A stretch of 64,000 nt of DNA from the human T2T-CHM13v2.0 reference genome, Homo sapiens. Location of the stretch: assembly GCF_009914755.1 (NCBI RefSeq), contig NC_060927.1; one strand, 5' to 3'. The position numbers and the translations under genes are program-made. Positions 1 to 13,200 of this stretch are shown in pieces (the stretch's first letter is position 1; every line of letters starts with the position of its first letter). The notes below the pieces were generated by a model that made no database searches, had not been told where the DNA came from, and saw only the letters and a list, made by a program, of their open reading frames with translations.

Positions 1-1109
1 TGTGAATCCAGGCAGTATAATTCTTGTCAGGTTTTTGCTTTTAATTCTGTAAATCTCACTCAGCTTCTATGAGCAAGTCATGGAACTTTACTGCCCCACT
101 GAATCGCTAGATTTTGGTCAAAACTGAAGATTTTTTAACGCCAAGGCTAGTCGCTCTGCAACCAACAGACAGCCTTTTCTATCGAGTGTACTAGGCTGAT
201 TCGATGAGGTGTCAGTCATTCCATCTCTTACTTGGCTCTCAGTTCATGCACCAGATTGACAAGGAGTCTATGTCATTTGCCCTTCTTGTGATGTGGGACA
301 TGATCTCTACCAGAAACTCCTTTTCAGAAAAGGATTCTCAGCAGCAAGTCACTTCTATAACTTACCCTAATGGTGGTCTTTACATCATCGAAGTGCATAC
401 TAAAAATAAAGTTTAATGCTAACCTTTCCACATCATTCTTCTTTAAGGATTGTTCAGAATGTTCCTCCATGTGCTACATCTTATGGAATATTTACTCTAA
501 GGTTACCCCCCTGAGTCCATACCTGGTTAACTTAAGAAAACACCTTCCTTCCAAATAGGTAAAGTCAGCTTCTACAATGAGTTAAATTTATGATTTAGAG
601 AAATATTATGTTCTGGGTATTCAGAAGTTCTAATTGCCTTATGTTTTACTTCTTGACTGTCCAGGTGGCCTTTCACAAACCCTTCACACTCTTCAAAGTG
701 GCTTCCTTCTTCTTTTCAGGGAAGCTTGAAGAACTAAGAAAATGTACTCTAGCCCTCTTAATCTCTCTCCTTCCATACCCACAGTAACCAGTGATGCTTA
801 GCTATTTTGTAGTTTGAATTGTTTCATTTACATAACTCCCAGGGAAAGAACATGTGGTGTTTTCCACAGGATCTACCATAGACATGAGCATCAAAAATTG
901 CTCATTGAATATAAAAGCAATTCGCTTAGCGAGCTCTAATTTCACTTGAAGTTGTTTCCCATAGCGTGAGACTCCTCGGGCATGAGAAAACAAGAGAGAC
1001 TCCCTTAGGAGTCAGTTATTTAGAAAGGAGGCATTCAGTCCCATATACCAGTTGCCTCATACATTTTACCTTCAGACGCAGAACATAATATATATATATA
1101 AATATAAAA

Positions 1110-1347
1110 TTTTTATTTTTTAATCTTTTAAATTTTACTTTAAGTTCCAGGATGCATGTCCAGAACGTGCAGGCTTGTTACATAGGTATACATGTGTCAT
1201 GGTGGTTTGCTGCACCTCTCAGTCCATCATCTAGGTTTTAAGCCCGGCATGCATTAGGTGTTTGTCCTAATGCTCTCTCTCCCCTTGCCCCCCATCCTCC
1301 GACAGGCCCCAGTGTGTGAAGTTCCCCTCCCTGTGTCCATGTGTTCT
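1110..1347 (-). mobile_element. L1PA 3' UTR fragment (5'-truncated LINE-1)
   Basis: T-rich tail followed by tttaagttccaggatgcatgtccagaacgtgcagg...cccctccctgtgtccatgtgttct, the reverse complement of a primate L1PA 3' end. Confidence 0.9.
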
Positions 1348-2386
1348 AAGTCCTCTATGGGAAGAACTATCCAAGATGTCTAGGTTAATTCTTGTATTTC
1401 CAAAATGTTTTCATTGGCTCTCCATGATTTTTCTTTTTCCTTTGAAGATGAAGCATTCAAAGGCACCAGGTAAGGGAGATAAGGCTCAGTAAGTTAGTGA
1501 AGTTATTGGAGCTCGCTTATTGCAAAGGACAAAATATATACGCCTGAAAAGTGAAAATAGCAATAGAGTGATTTCCAGGGCCAAAGAAGTCAGGGCTTCT
1601 GGCAGCGAGGTTGAGATGGACAATGTGTTTGGAATCGTTTGTGTTTATGGTGCCTTTGTAGGCCTGTGACTGCCTGTGCTTAGGAAGATAAGAAACGCTG
1701 AGAGGTAACAATTTTCTGCCTAAGAATGTGAGAAATGACAGCAAAATAAGTAGGACTTTCGTGTTGCAGCAGTGGTAGCTGGAAAGCTTACTGAAGTTGA
1801 GCTACTGATAAGCCCAGAATGGAAATAAGGCCAACCCTCTGATGCTCCAACCACCTCCTTGAAAATGATCTTTGTGAGGCCAATATTCAAAATTCTCACA
1901 ATTCAAAGACATTACTGTGTCCTAATTATCTTTGACTTTCCATAGCATTTGGCTCCCCACTATTGATGGTAGTCTCTAATTTGACATACAGGTTGCCCCA
2001 TTCCTCTGTTGTCTTTTTTTTTCTTTTTTGGCCTACTCCCCTCTTTTCAGAGAAAAGGGACTAGGGGCTAAAGAAGGCTAAATGCTCACCACATGTCTTC
2101 TGATTAACTCTGTGTGTTACGTAAGGGGAATGACGGAGAGAGCAGTCTGTTACTAGGTGAGGTCAAGGACATCCTTCAGAAGAAACTGAGCAAGTGACTG
2201 CTTGGCAACTATGTACAGAAGGGATGAAGAATGAAAGTTAAGTAGACAATCTAAATGAATTCTCGAAACTTCTGAAAGGAGCTATCTTTGACCTTGAAGG
2301 GGAATGTAGGCAAAATAAAGGATAAAATAACTGACACTCATTAAAGACCAAATTTGTGTAGGGCACCTCATTTTATACATTATACA

Positions 2387-2500
2387 AGAAAAAAATTGAT
2401 AAACAAAAAAATTAGACATTTCTGCTCATTAGAGGACACTACTGAGAAAATGAATAGGCAATCCACAGAGAGAATAAAAAGAAACATTTGCAAAACATAT
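2387..2500 (+). mobile_element. Old L1M ORF2 fragment
   Basis: ttctgctcattagaggacactactgagaaaatgaataggcaatccacagag...tttgcaaaacatatat resembles the late ORF2 region of L1M. Confidence 0.55.
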
Positions 2501-2584
2501 ATTTGAGACCTCATTGTCTCATTTTACTTCAGCAAATTCTGGGGTGTTAGGAATTACAGTTTTCCTCTTTTAGAAAGTAAGAGG

Positions 2585-4360
<1,776 letters not shown>

Positions 4361-4599
4361 CTCTGAGACTTTTACATAAGTTGTCCAAGATTTCAGTTAG
4401 TAGATCAAGGGACATGAGTCCGAACTTATGTTTGATTGATAAGGCCATTTGTGTTCTTTCCCGATTTTTACCTAACGAAAAATAATACTATCAATTACCA
4501 ACACTTACTAGTCACTGTGATAATTGTCTTAGCATAGACTGTTTTATTTCATTTGTAAACTCTATTAAATAAACTTTTTTAAAAATAAACATTTTTATG

Positions 4600-4735
4600 A
4601 TGTCCACTTAAAGATAAGGAAACTAGGGCTCAGAGTGGTAGAATGTGTCAAAGCCACACAACTCATAAGTGACAAAACCAAAACTTGACCTGAGGCCTGT
4701 CTGAATCCAAAAATGGCTCTCCCAACCAGTGTGCT
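4600..4735 (-). mobile_element. MIR fragment
   Basis: agataaggaaactagggctcagag...ccacacaact...tgtctgaatccaaa matches the antisense MIR core. Confidence 0.7.
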
Positions 4736-4744
4736 ATGATGCCC

Positions 4745-7419
4745 TGTATTAGTTCCTTCTCATGCTGCTATGAAGGAATACCTAAGACTGGGTAATTTAT
4801 AAAGAAAAGAGATTTAATTGACTCACAGTTCTGCATAGCTGGGGAGGCCTCAGGAAACTTACAATCATGGTGGAAAGCACCTCGTCACAGGATGGCAGGA
4901 GAGAAAAATGAGTGCCAGCAGGAGAAATGCCAGATGTTTATAAAACCATCAGATCTTGTGAGAACTCACTCACCATCATGAGAACAGTATAAGGGAAGCT
5001 TTTCCCATGATTCAGTTACCTCCACCTGATCCCTCCCACGACATGTGGAGATTATGGGAACTACAATTCAAGATGAGATTTGAGTGGGGACACAGCCAAA
5101 CCATATCATTCAGCCCCTGGCCCCTTCCAGATCTCATGTATGTCCTCACATTTTAAAACACAATCATGCACTTCCAACAGTCCCTCAAAGTATTAACTCA
5201 TTCCAGCACTAACTCAAAAGTCCAAGTCCGAAGTCTCATCTGAGACAAGGCAAGTCTTTTCCCCCGATGAGCCTGCAACATCAAAATCAAGTTACTTACT
5301 TCCTAGATACAATAGGGGTACAGGCATAGGTAAATACATCCATTCCAAATGGGAGCAATTGGCTAAAACAAAGGAGCTACAGGCCCCATGCAAGCCCAAA
5401 ATCCAATAGAGCATTCATTAAACCTTAAGGTTCCAGAATGATCTCCTTTGACTCCATGTCTCACATCCAGGTCATGCTGATGCAAGAGGTGGGCTCCCAT
5501 GGCCTTGGCCAGCTATGCCCCTGTGGCTTTGCAGGGTACAGCACCCCTCCCAGCTGCTTTCACAGGTTGGTGTTGAGTGTCTGTGGCTTTTCCAGGCACA
5601 CAGTGCAAGCTGTTGGTGGATCCACCATTCTGGAGTCTGGAGGATGGAGGCCCTCTTCTCACAGCTGCAGTAGGCAGTGTCCCCAGTGGGGACGCTGTGT
5701 GGAGTCTTTGACACCCCTATTTCCCTTATGCACTGCCCTGGCAGAGGTTCTCCATGAGGTCTCTGCCCCTGCAGCCTGCAGCACACTTCTACCTAGACAT
5801 CCAAGTATTTTCATACATCCTGTGAAATCTAGGCAGAGGTTCCCAAACCTCAATTCTTCACTTCTGCACACCTGCAAACTTAACACCATGAGGAAGCTGC
5901 CGAGGCTTAGGGCTTGCATCCTCTGAAGCCATGGCCTAGGCTGTATCTTGGTCCCCTTTAGCTATGGCTGAAGCAGCTGGGATGCAGGGCATCAAGTCCT
6001 GAGACTACACACACCTGGGGAGCCCTGGGCCTGGCCCACAACACCATTGTTTCCTCCTTGGTCTCTGGGCTTGTGATGCTAAGGGCTGCTGTGAAGGTCT
6101 CTGACATGCCCCGGAGACATTTTAACCATGGTCTTGGTGATTAACATTTGGTCCCTCATTACTTACGCAAATTTCTCCAGCCAGCTTGAATTTCTCCCCA
6201 GAAAATTGGTTTTTCTTTTCTATCACAAGACCAGGCTGCAAACCTTCCAAAGTTTTATGCTCTGCTTCCTCTTGAATGCTTTACCAGTTAGAAATTTCTT
6301 CCACCAGGTACCCTAAATCATCCCTCTCCAGTTCAAAGTTCAGCAGATCTCTAGGGCAGGGGCAAAATGCCACCAGTCTCTTTGCTAAAGCTTAGCAAGA
6401 ACCACCTTTATTCCAGTTCTCAGTAAGTTCCTCACCTCCATCCGAGACCACCTCAGCCTCTCAGCCTGGACTTCATTTTCCGTATCACTATCAGCATTTT
6501 GGTCAAAGCCATTCAACAAGTCTCTAGGAAGTTCCAAACTTTCCCATATCATCCTGTCTTCTTCTGAGGCCTCTGATATGGTTTGACTGTGTCCCCTTCC
6601 AAATCTCATATTGATTCGTAGTTCCCATAATCCCTAAATGTCATGGGAGGGACCTGGTGGGAGGTAATTGAGTGATGGGGGCAGTTACCCCCGTGCTGCT
6701 CTTCTCATGATAGTGAATTCTCATGAGATCCAATGATCTTATAAGGGGTTTCCCCCTTTTGCTTGGCACTTCTTCTTCCTGCCATCATGTGAAGAAGGAC
6801 GTGTTTGCTTCTCCTTCCACAATGATTATAAGTTTCCTGAGGCCTCCCCAGCCAGGCAGAATTGTGAGTCAATAAATTACCCATTCTTGGGCAGTCCTTT
6901 ATAGCAGCATGAGAATGGACTAATACACCATCCAAACTGTTCCAACCTCTGCCTGTTACTCAGTTCCAAAGTTGCTTCCACATTTTTAAGTATCCTTACA
7001 GCAATGCCCCACTACCCAGTAACAATTGACTGTGTTAATCCGTTTTCATGCTGCTAATAAAGACATACCGAAGACTAGGTACTTTTTAAAGAAAAGAGGT
7101 TTTAATTGACTCACAGTTCCACAGGGATGGAAGGAAGAAATAGGCCTCAGGAAACTTACAATCATGGCAGAAGGGAAAGCAAACATGTCCTTCTTCACAT
7201 GACAGCAGGAAGGAGAAGAATGAGCGAAGAGGGGAAAAGCCCCTCATAAAACCATCAGATCTTGCGAGAACTCACTTACTATCGTGAGAACAGCATGGAA
7301 GGACTACCCTCATGATCTCATCACTTCCCAGGAGGCCTCTCCTGCAATACATGGGGAGTATAATTCAGATTACAATCCAAGATGAGATTTGGGTGGAGAT
7401 ACAGAGCCAGACTATATTA
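4745..7419 (-). mobile_element. Full-length THE1 (ERVL-MaLR) element: LTR 4745-5108, internal region, LTR 7031-7419
   Basis: Two LTRs (tgtattag...ccatatca and tgtgttaa...ctatatta) flank THE1-int sequence; degenerate 5-bp target-site duplication tgccc/tgtcc. Confidence 0.92.
6574..6927 (+). mobile_element. THE1C-like solo LTR nested in the THE1 internal region in opposite orientation
   Basis: tgatatggtttgactgtgtcccc...gagaatggactaataca; flanked by gcctc/ccatc (degenerate 5-bp TSD); THE1-int resumes on both sides. Confidence 0.9.
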
Positions 7420-10104
7420 TGTCCCTTAATGAAAATCAGTGTGCCAATCATACATTTTACCTTGTGGGAAGTAACTGAGACATTAGCTAAGATTGCTTCT
7501 ACTACATAGAAAATAAGCATATTTGATTCTATGTACTACCCTGAGGAAACTGGAATTTCAAACCAGTATTCCTCTAAATGGTAGCTCACTTTCTTTAATG
7601 ACTTATGTTTTTATTCTTTACTCTATATTTTACTGACAGTATTTGAATAAATCTGCTTGCAAATGTAATATAAAAGTAGCCCAGAGTAAGTATGGAAAGC
7701 TGAGCTTATAAAATTCTTCTTCCTTATCAGTTGAAACAAAACAGACATTTCAGTCCTCTGAAGTAATTTCTATAATAAGAATTCCAATCTGAGATCAGAT
7801 TTTCTTAGTTTCAAGAAATCTGAGGAAAAGCATTGTGATTTAAAATCCTACTAGGGCAAAAGCTACATGTCTATTTGTTCAGAAAATATTTGGTCATTAT
7901 ACTCTTAGTGTTTCAATAATGACCTAAAGAGAAAGGTGCTATCTCAATATATGTGAGATTTATTGCAAGTATATTTGTAAGGAGAATTGTACCAACTATT
8001 TTGCAAGAGCATGTAAAAAATTGAAGCTCCATACTATATTTCCTTAAATGTAATTCAGCAGTAACTTGAAATTGCTTTCATATACAAAAAATGACAATAG
8101 TATTTCCTCAAATGGATTTGAATACAATGGTTTTGTTCTTTAAATAATAATGGAAAATTGAAAATTGGCACAATAAGATATTCCTTCCTGCTTTATTAAG
8201 ATCAGTCATGGCTGCATTTAATAGAAGCAGGCAACTTTTTTTTTTTTTACTGTATTATTTTGTTTGTTCACTTTTGCCTCTTGTAGCTCTACATTAGTGC
8301 AAAGAAAATGGAGCTGTGAAGAGCTTCTGGGATTTGCTCTTGATCTTGCAAGCACAATCCCCTCCCCCAGTGTGACATTTGTTGAACTCCAATTACTACT
8401 TTTATCTGTGTTTGAACACACATTGCTAGGTTCAACAAACACATGCTTTACTGTGCTTAGAAGGAATAAAGATAACAATCTCATGCAAGTTTGTGACTGT
8501 TTCCTAAGGATTATACCTTGGAAGTATAGAAGAATAGATTTATAGTTCTATCTCATAATGGGGCTTCCTAAACCATGCCTATTTATAAAATTAAGAAGAG
8601 GATCAAATGAAATAGCTAAGTAATGTATATTTGTGAAGTATGAAGGGGCAGATTCTATTACTAAACAAGGAATTGCTTTCTTATTCCTTAATTATATTTA
8701 GTGCTATGTCATTCATCCATCAAATTTTACAGAAGTGAAAAGTGAATGGGTATGAGAGTTGTATAGTATAGTTAAGAAAATTTATAAAAGGTTTGGAAGT
8801 ATTAAAAATAAATCTACATTGAATGTAAATGAAATTGTTAAGGAAAGTTATCAATGATGAAAAGGTAAGATTTCTAAAGTTTTAAGAGAGTTTAAAATAG
8901 ATGTTCATTAGGTCAGAGATTGTTACATTTTTCTCTGCCTTAAGTTGCTATGTTTATTATATTTAACTTAAGCACAAAACAATATTGCTGATATATTAAA
9001 TATTAGTATTTATTTGAAGGTTATAATTTTACCATAATTCACCATGAATTTATCATAATTCACCATAATTTTATATACTGGTTGCATTAATAGTATATTT
9101 TTATAAAGTGTACATTTTTCTATTTTCCACAAGTTAGTGAAAAGACAAGATTCCACTAACAGAAATGTATTGTACAGTAAACCCTAGGATTACATATCTA
9201 TTCTACCTAAGAGATTTCAATTTTAGCCAAGGTCCAATACACAATTCTATATGTAATTGAGATGGTGACTGAGAATTGGGTTAGGAATTAAAGTTTAGTG
9301 ACAAATTTAGAAACATCCAAATCCATTACTGAGTTGCCACCATATGCACATACTATTGTATTTGCTTGAGAAAGTTGAAAAAATATTTTGAGACAATTTC
9401 TGTCCTTGGAGATTTTACAGTCTGATAGGAGAGATAAGATAAATGAAAAAATCTTAAACACACATGCACAGATGCATATAAGCAGGCACACACACATCCT
9501 ACATACAGATACACATAGTAATACGTGTTAAGTAAATATAAAAAACAGCCAGAAAAGACATGATGTGTTAGAAGTCTAGAGACTTTGTATCTATTCGTAT
9601 TCCTATCATTATTTTATTTGCTTAAATATTCTTATCCTGTTTTATTCTCTCTAAATATTTGAGATAGTAAAAAAAAAAAAGATATAATTTGCAAGATTTT
9701 TAAGACAAAGTTAATGGATGAAATATGTGTGAAGAAAAAATTTTGCTAGGAAAAAGTAATTTAAAAACAAAGGGACAGTAGAGTTCAAAATGGATGTTCT
9801 GCGATCTTAAGCACTTCATAGATGTAGGCAAAATCGTTGGATATGAACCTTCTAGAAAGCAATTAAAGGGAGATCTGATTAGGTTTGTCATTTTAAAAGT
9901 CTAAATAGAGCAGTTGCACAGGAGGGACTTATCTGTCCTCCATACTCAGCAAGGAGAGAATTGTTTTCTATCTAACCTCAAAAAGAGAACATTGTGGGAT
10001 AGAGTCAACATTCTCAACACATCGTTGCTATAAACATAACAGATTTCATGGGATTATTTTGATGACATCCTTCCAGATGGGCTGCTGGTTTAATGTTAAT
10101 TTGA

Positions 10105-10230
10105 TCTGGAGATAGTCGTGATGTGTAATTTTGGACCAGTCACTTGCCCTTTATAAGCTTTAGTTTAGTTTCTAAGTTTAGTTTCCTCATCTGCACAATG
10201 AGGGAATTAGACTGATTGGATGATTTAGAG
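10105..10230 (+). mobile_element. MIR/MIR3 fragment
   Basis: ttggaccagtcactt...agtttcctcatctgcacaatgagggaattagact, MIR core motif. Confidence 0.6.
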
Positions 10231-13200
10231 AAGAAATTATAGTTTAAGTGCCCGTGAGAGGTGAAATCATTGGTGTCAATGATGGCAAAGAAGGATTGGA
10301 GAAAGAGGTATTGAGTTTGGTCACAGACAAGTTGACAGTTTTGCAAAAACTTTAAGGAGACAGTTGGAAACAAGGCCGCAGATAATTACTGAAGCTGAAA
10401 AAAAATGTAGGTCCGTGCTACATATCAAAGATTAGAGATATGAAAAAAAAATTTATCCTGGGGGAAATCTGTAGATAAAAGACAAAAGCCAATCCATAAA
10501 GAATGACAGAAGTAAGAGTCACGAAATGAAAGAGGAGCCAACAAGGTGACAGAGAAATACAGAAATCAAGCATTTAAAAAGGATATAATGATAAATGATA
10601 ATTGTATGAATTATCATCAAAGATAATACTTGAAGATAAGATACAATAATAGGTGTGATAAAATACAATTGATATATTCAAATTAAACACACAAAGAAAA
10701 TTATATTAGTAACTATAGATGCTAGGTACCACAGAATATTTTTTTCTAAGACATTTATGGCTCTCAAAACTATATTATGGGAACAAAGTGCTGTAAATAA
10801 AAAATAATCAGAGCATAAGCTAGAGTATCACAAATACCCAAAGATAAACAAAAATTTCTGCATCTTTGGTAAAGATGGGTTACATTCAGCCAACAGTCCA
10901 TGGTGGGTTCAATTAAGTAAAAAAATTAAAAATTACACCTACAAGACAAAGAGACAAGATTAAAGAAGGGAGGAGGAGTAAAGTATTTTTGAATGTCAGA
11001 AAAAGCTTGGACAAAGGCTTAGACATAGGAAAGTTTGGGATTTTCAGAAAACAGCTAGTAACTATGTTGGTCACATAGAGTATGTGTAACGCAGTAGCTA
11101 TTGATATTTTCGAAAAAGTTAAGTTGAGACTCAATAATTCTAGAGTAAGAAAAGTTATACTTAATATGTTGGATGATGAAAAGGTATTCAAGATTTTTGA
11201 GCCAGTAAGTGGCATGATCAGGGCAGTCCCTTAGTAAGATGCATGTGACAGTTATAGATAGGACAAAGGAGAAAAGGGTTGAGCAGGGATAAGCTGGGAT
11301 GGGAGTTCTCATTACACCATGGCAATAGTGTAGGTGGCCTGAACTGGAGAAGTCACAGTAGAAATGAAAAGATCCAGAGGGCTAGCAGACCTGGGCAGAA
11401 ACTGAATGTCAGTGTGTAACTACTGGCAAATAATAGTGGACCCTAAGGCTAATTCCCTATCTCCCTGCCATCTTTCTTACTTAGTAAAAATGGATTATGG
11501 TGTTTTGCTTCTACCTATCTCAGTGATGCTGTCAGAATTGATTATGCATATTTCTCCAAAGTAATCTAAAGTGCTTTAATTCTTTGGAACTGGACACTAT
11601 GTAAATACGATTATTCATTACGTGTAAAAGAGGAATACAGAATGATGGATGTGCCTAGCTAACGTGAGAGAACTGTTTAAGAATACAGAGAGGGAAATAA
11701 GCTAAGTAATCAATATCATGTTTTAATGTGGAGAGCTAAAGACATTGATAGAAGGATACTGAGTGGAAGGGAAATAGATGAGGATAATGCGTTTGGGAGT
11801 TAAGACTGATAAAAGAGGGCTATGTTACACTAAATAATTTCAAGAGAAAAGGGGAATATTTTAGGTTCAGTGTTCAATATTATAAAGTAATAAGAAAAAA
11901 GTTTAAAATGAAAATTAGAGGCCATTTATAACATTTATTAAAAAGTTATAAGAACAGTTAGGTATGTAGATGTACATTCTGAATTTCACATCAAAAGTGA
12001 TCAACACATACACAAATGCATTATAGAATAATATTTTATTTCAAAGACAAGTCACTGGAATTGTACAGTTCAAGTGATTAAAGTCAGGTGACTAGTATTC
12101 AAAAGGATGGGCACCATTGTAGGCTACTATGGCATTGACATTAAGGTGTCAATTTCTCTGGAGTACACAGAGATCACTTTAGGATCATGTTTTTACTTGG
12201 TACCTATAACAATAGCCATGAAAAGAAAGAATTATGACAGTGAAATTTGGACTTTGAAACATTTTTTTTTTCTGTTTTCAGTCCAGGATTATGGATCAGA
12301 TTGACCTAGCATTTAACATAGATTAAAAGTCTATGGTAAACTGTTAGAAAATAGTGTATCACTTTCTTGTTTTCTCAAGCCACTGAAAAAATAATAATTA
12401 AAAAAGAAAATAGTACATCGCTTAGCATAAACTAAGTTATGTCACGTTTTGACAACTAATGCCGTGGCCTGGTGCAGAGAGTACTCTCTGCTTTGGATTA
12501 AGATAAGAAATGAATTAAATTGGTCTTTTAGGTCCCTTCCCTCCACCTTTATTGAAACCTTACCACACTAGCTGCTTGGTCTCCTTCCCATTTAGAATGG
12601 CTTTAAAGCTTTCCCTCCTATCAGCTGATAGTTTTAAGATTAAAGTGAACATATGAGTGTTGAAGAACATTCTAGGATTCAAAGCTATAATGGTGACATG
12701 AGGACTAGAGGTATTTCTCTGAGGGCAAGAAGTATCACTTGTGTCTGTTTGTCTGGCCAGTTGAGCACGATGATTCCAGCCACGAGAGAAGAGAACGCTG
12801 GGCTGAGAGGTTAGCTGTTGGAATAAGGTTTGGTTAACTTTGGAATTATACAATCAGCAAAGGGATGTCCTCACCAGTACTTCTAAGAGATCAAACAAGA
12901 GGCCTCCAGCTCCCTAAATTCTGGTTCTACTGTACCAACTCTGCTTTAATTTGTTTTAGGTAATGGGATTCCAGGTGCTATTACATTAAGAATTCTAATT
13001 TAACTCTTAAAAAGTGTTTTCTTAGATAAAGTAACTGGGACTCAGGGAGATAAAGTAACTTAGTGACTCACCTAAGTTTCCCCTTGTCTCCAATTCCAGG
13101 GTGCCACCCACCGTATTATGATGTTGATTTGTGAAGAGACTCTCAAGTAGGTTCAATTTCATAGTCCCAGTTTAAGAGAGAGGCCAAGTGAGGATTTGGC

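Noticed and set aside
370-558. ORF containing LWNIYSK, superficially like the FGF14-1b N-terminus
   Set aside because: Only a few residues match and there is no wider similarity or suitable splice donor
5438-5926. 162-aa ORF (longest in the window) and overlapping ORFs
   Set aside because: Lies wholly inside the THE1 internal region; degenerate MaLR sequence, not a gene
9023-9072. Short cataattcac tandem repeat
   Set aside because: Ordinary slippage in AT-rich DNA
12260-12340. Strong + strand acceptor with possible 54-nt exon
   Set aside because: Stops in all three frames and weak donor; likely pseudo-exon
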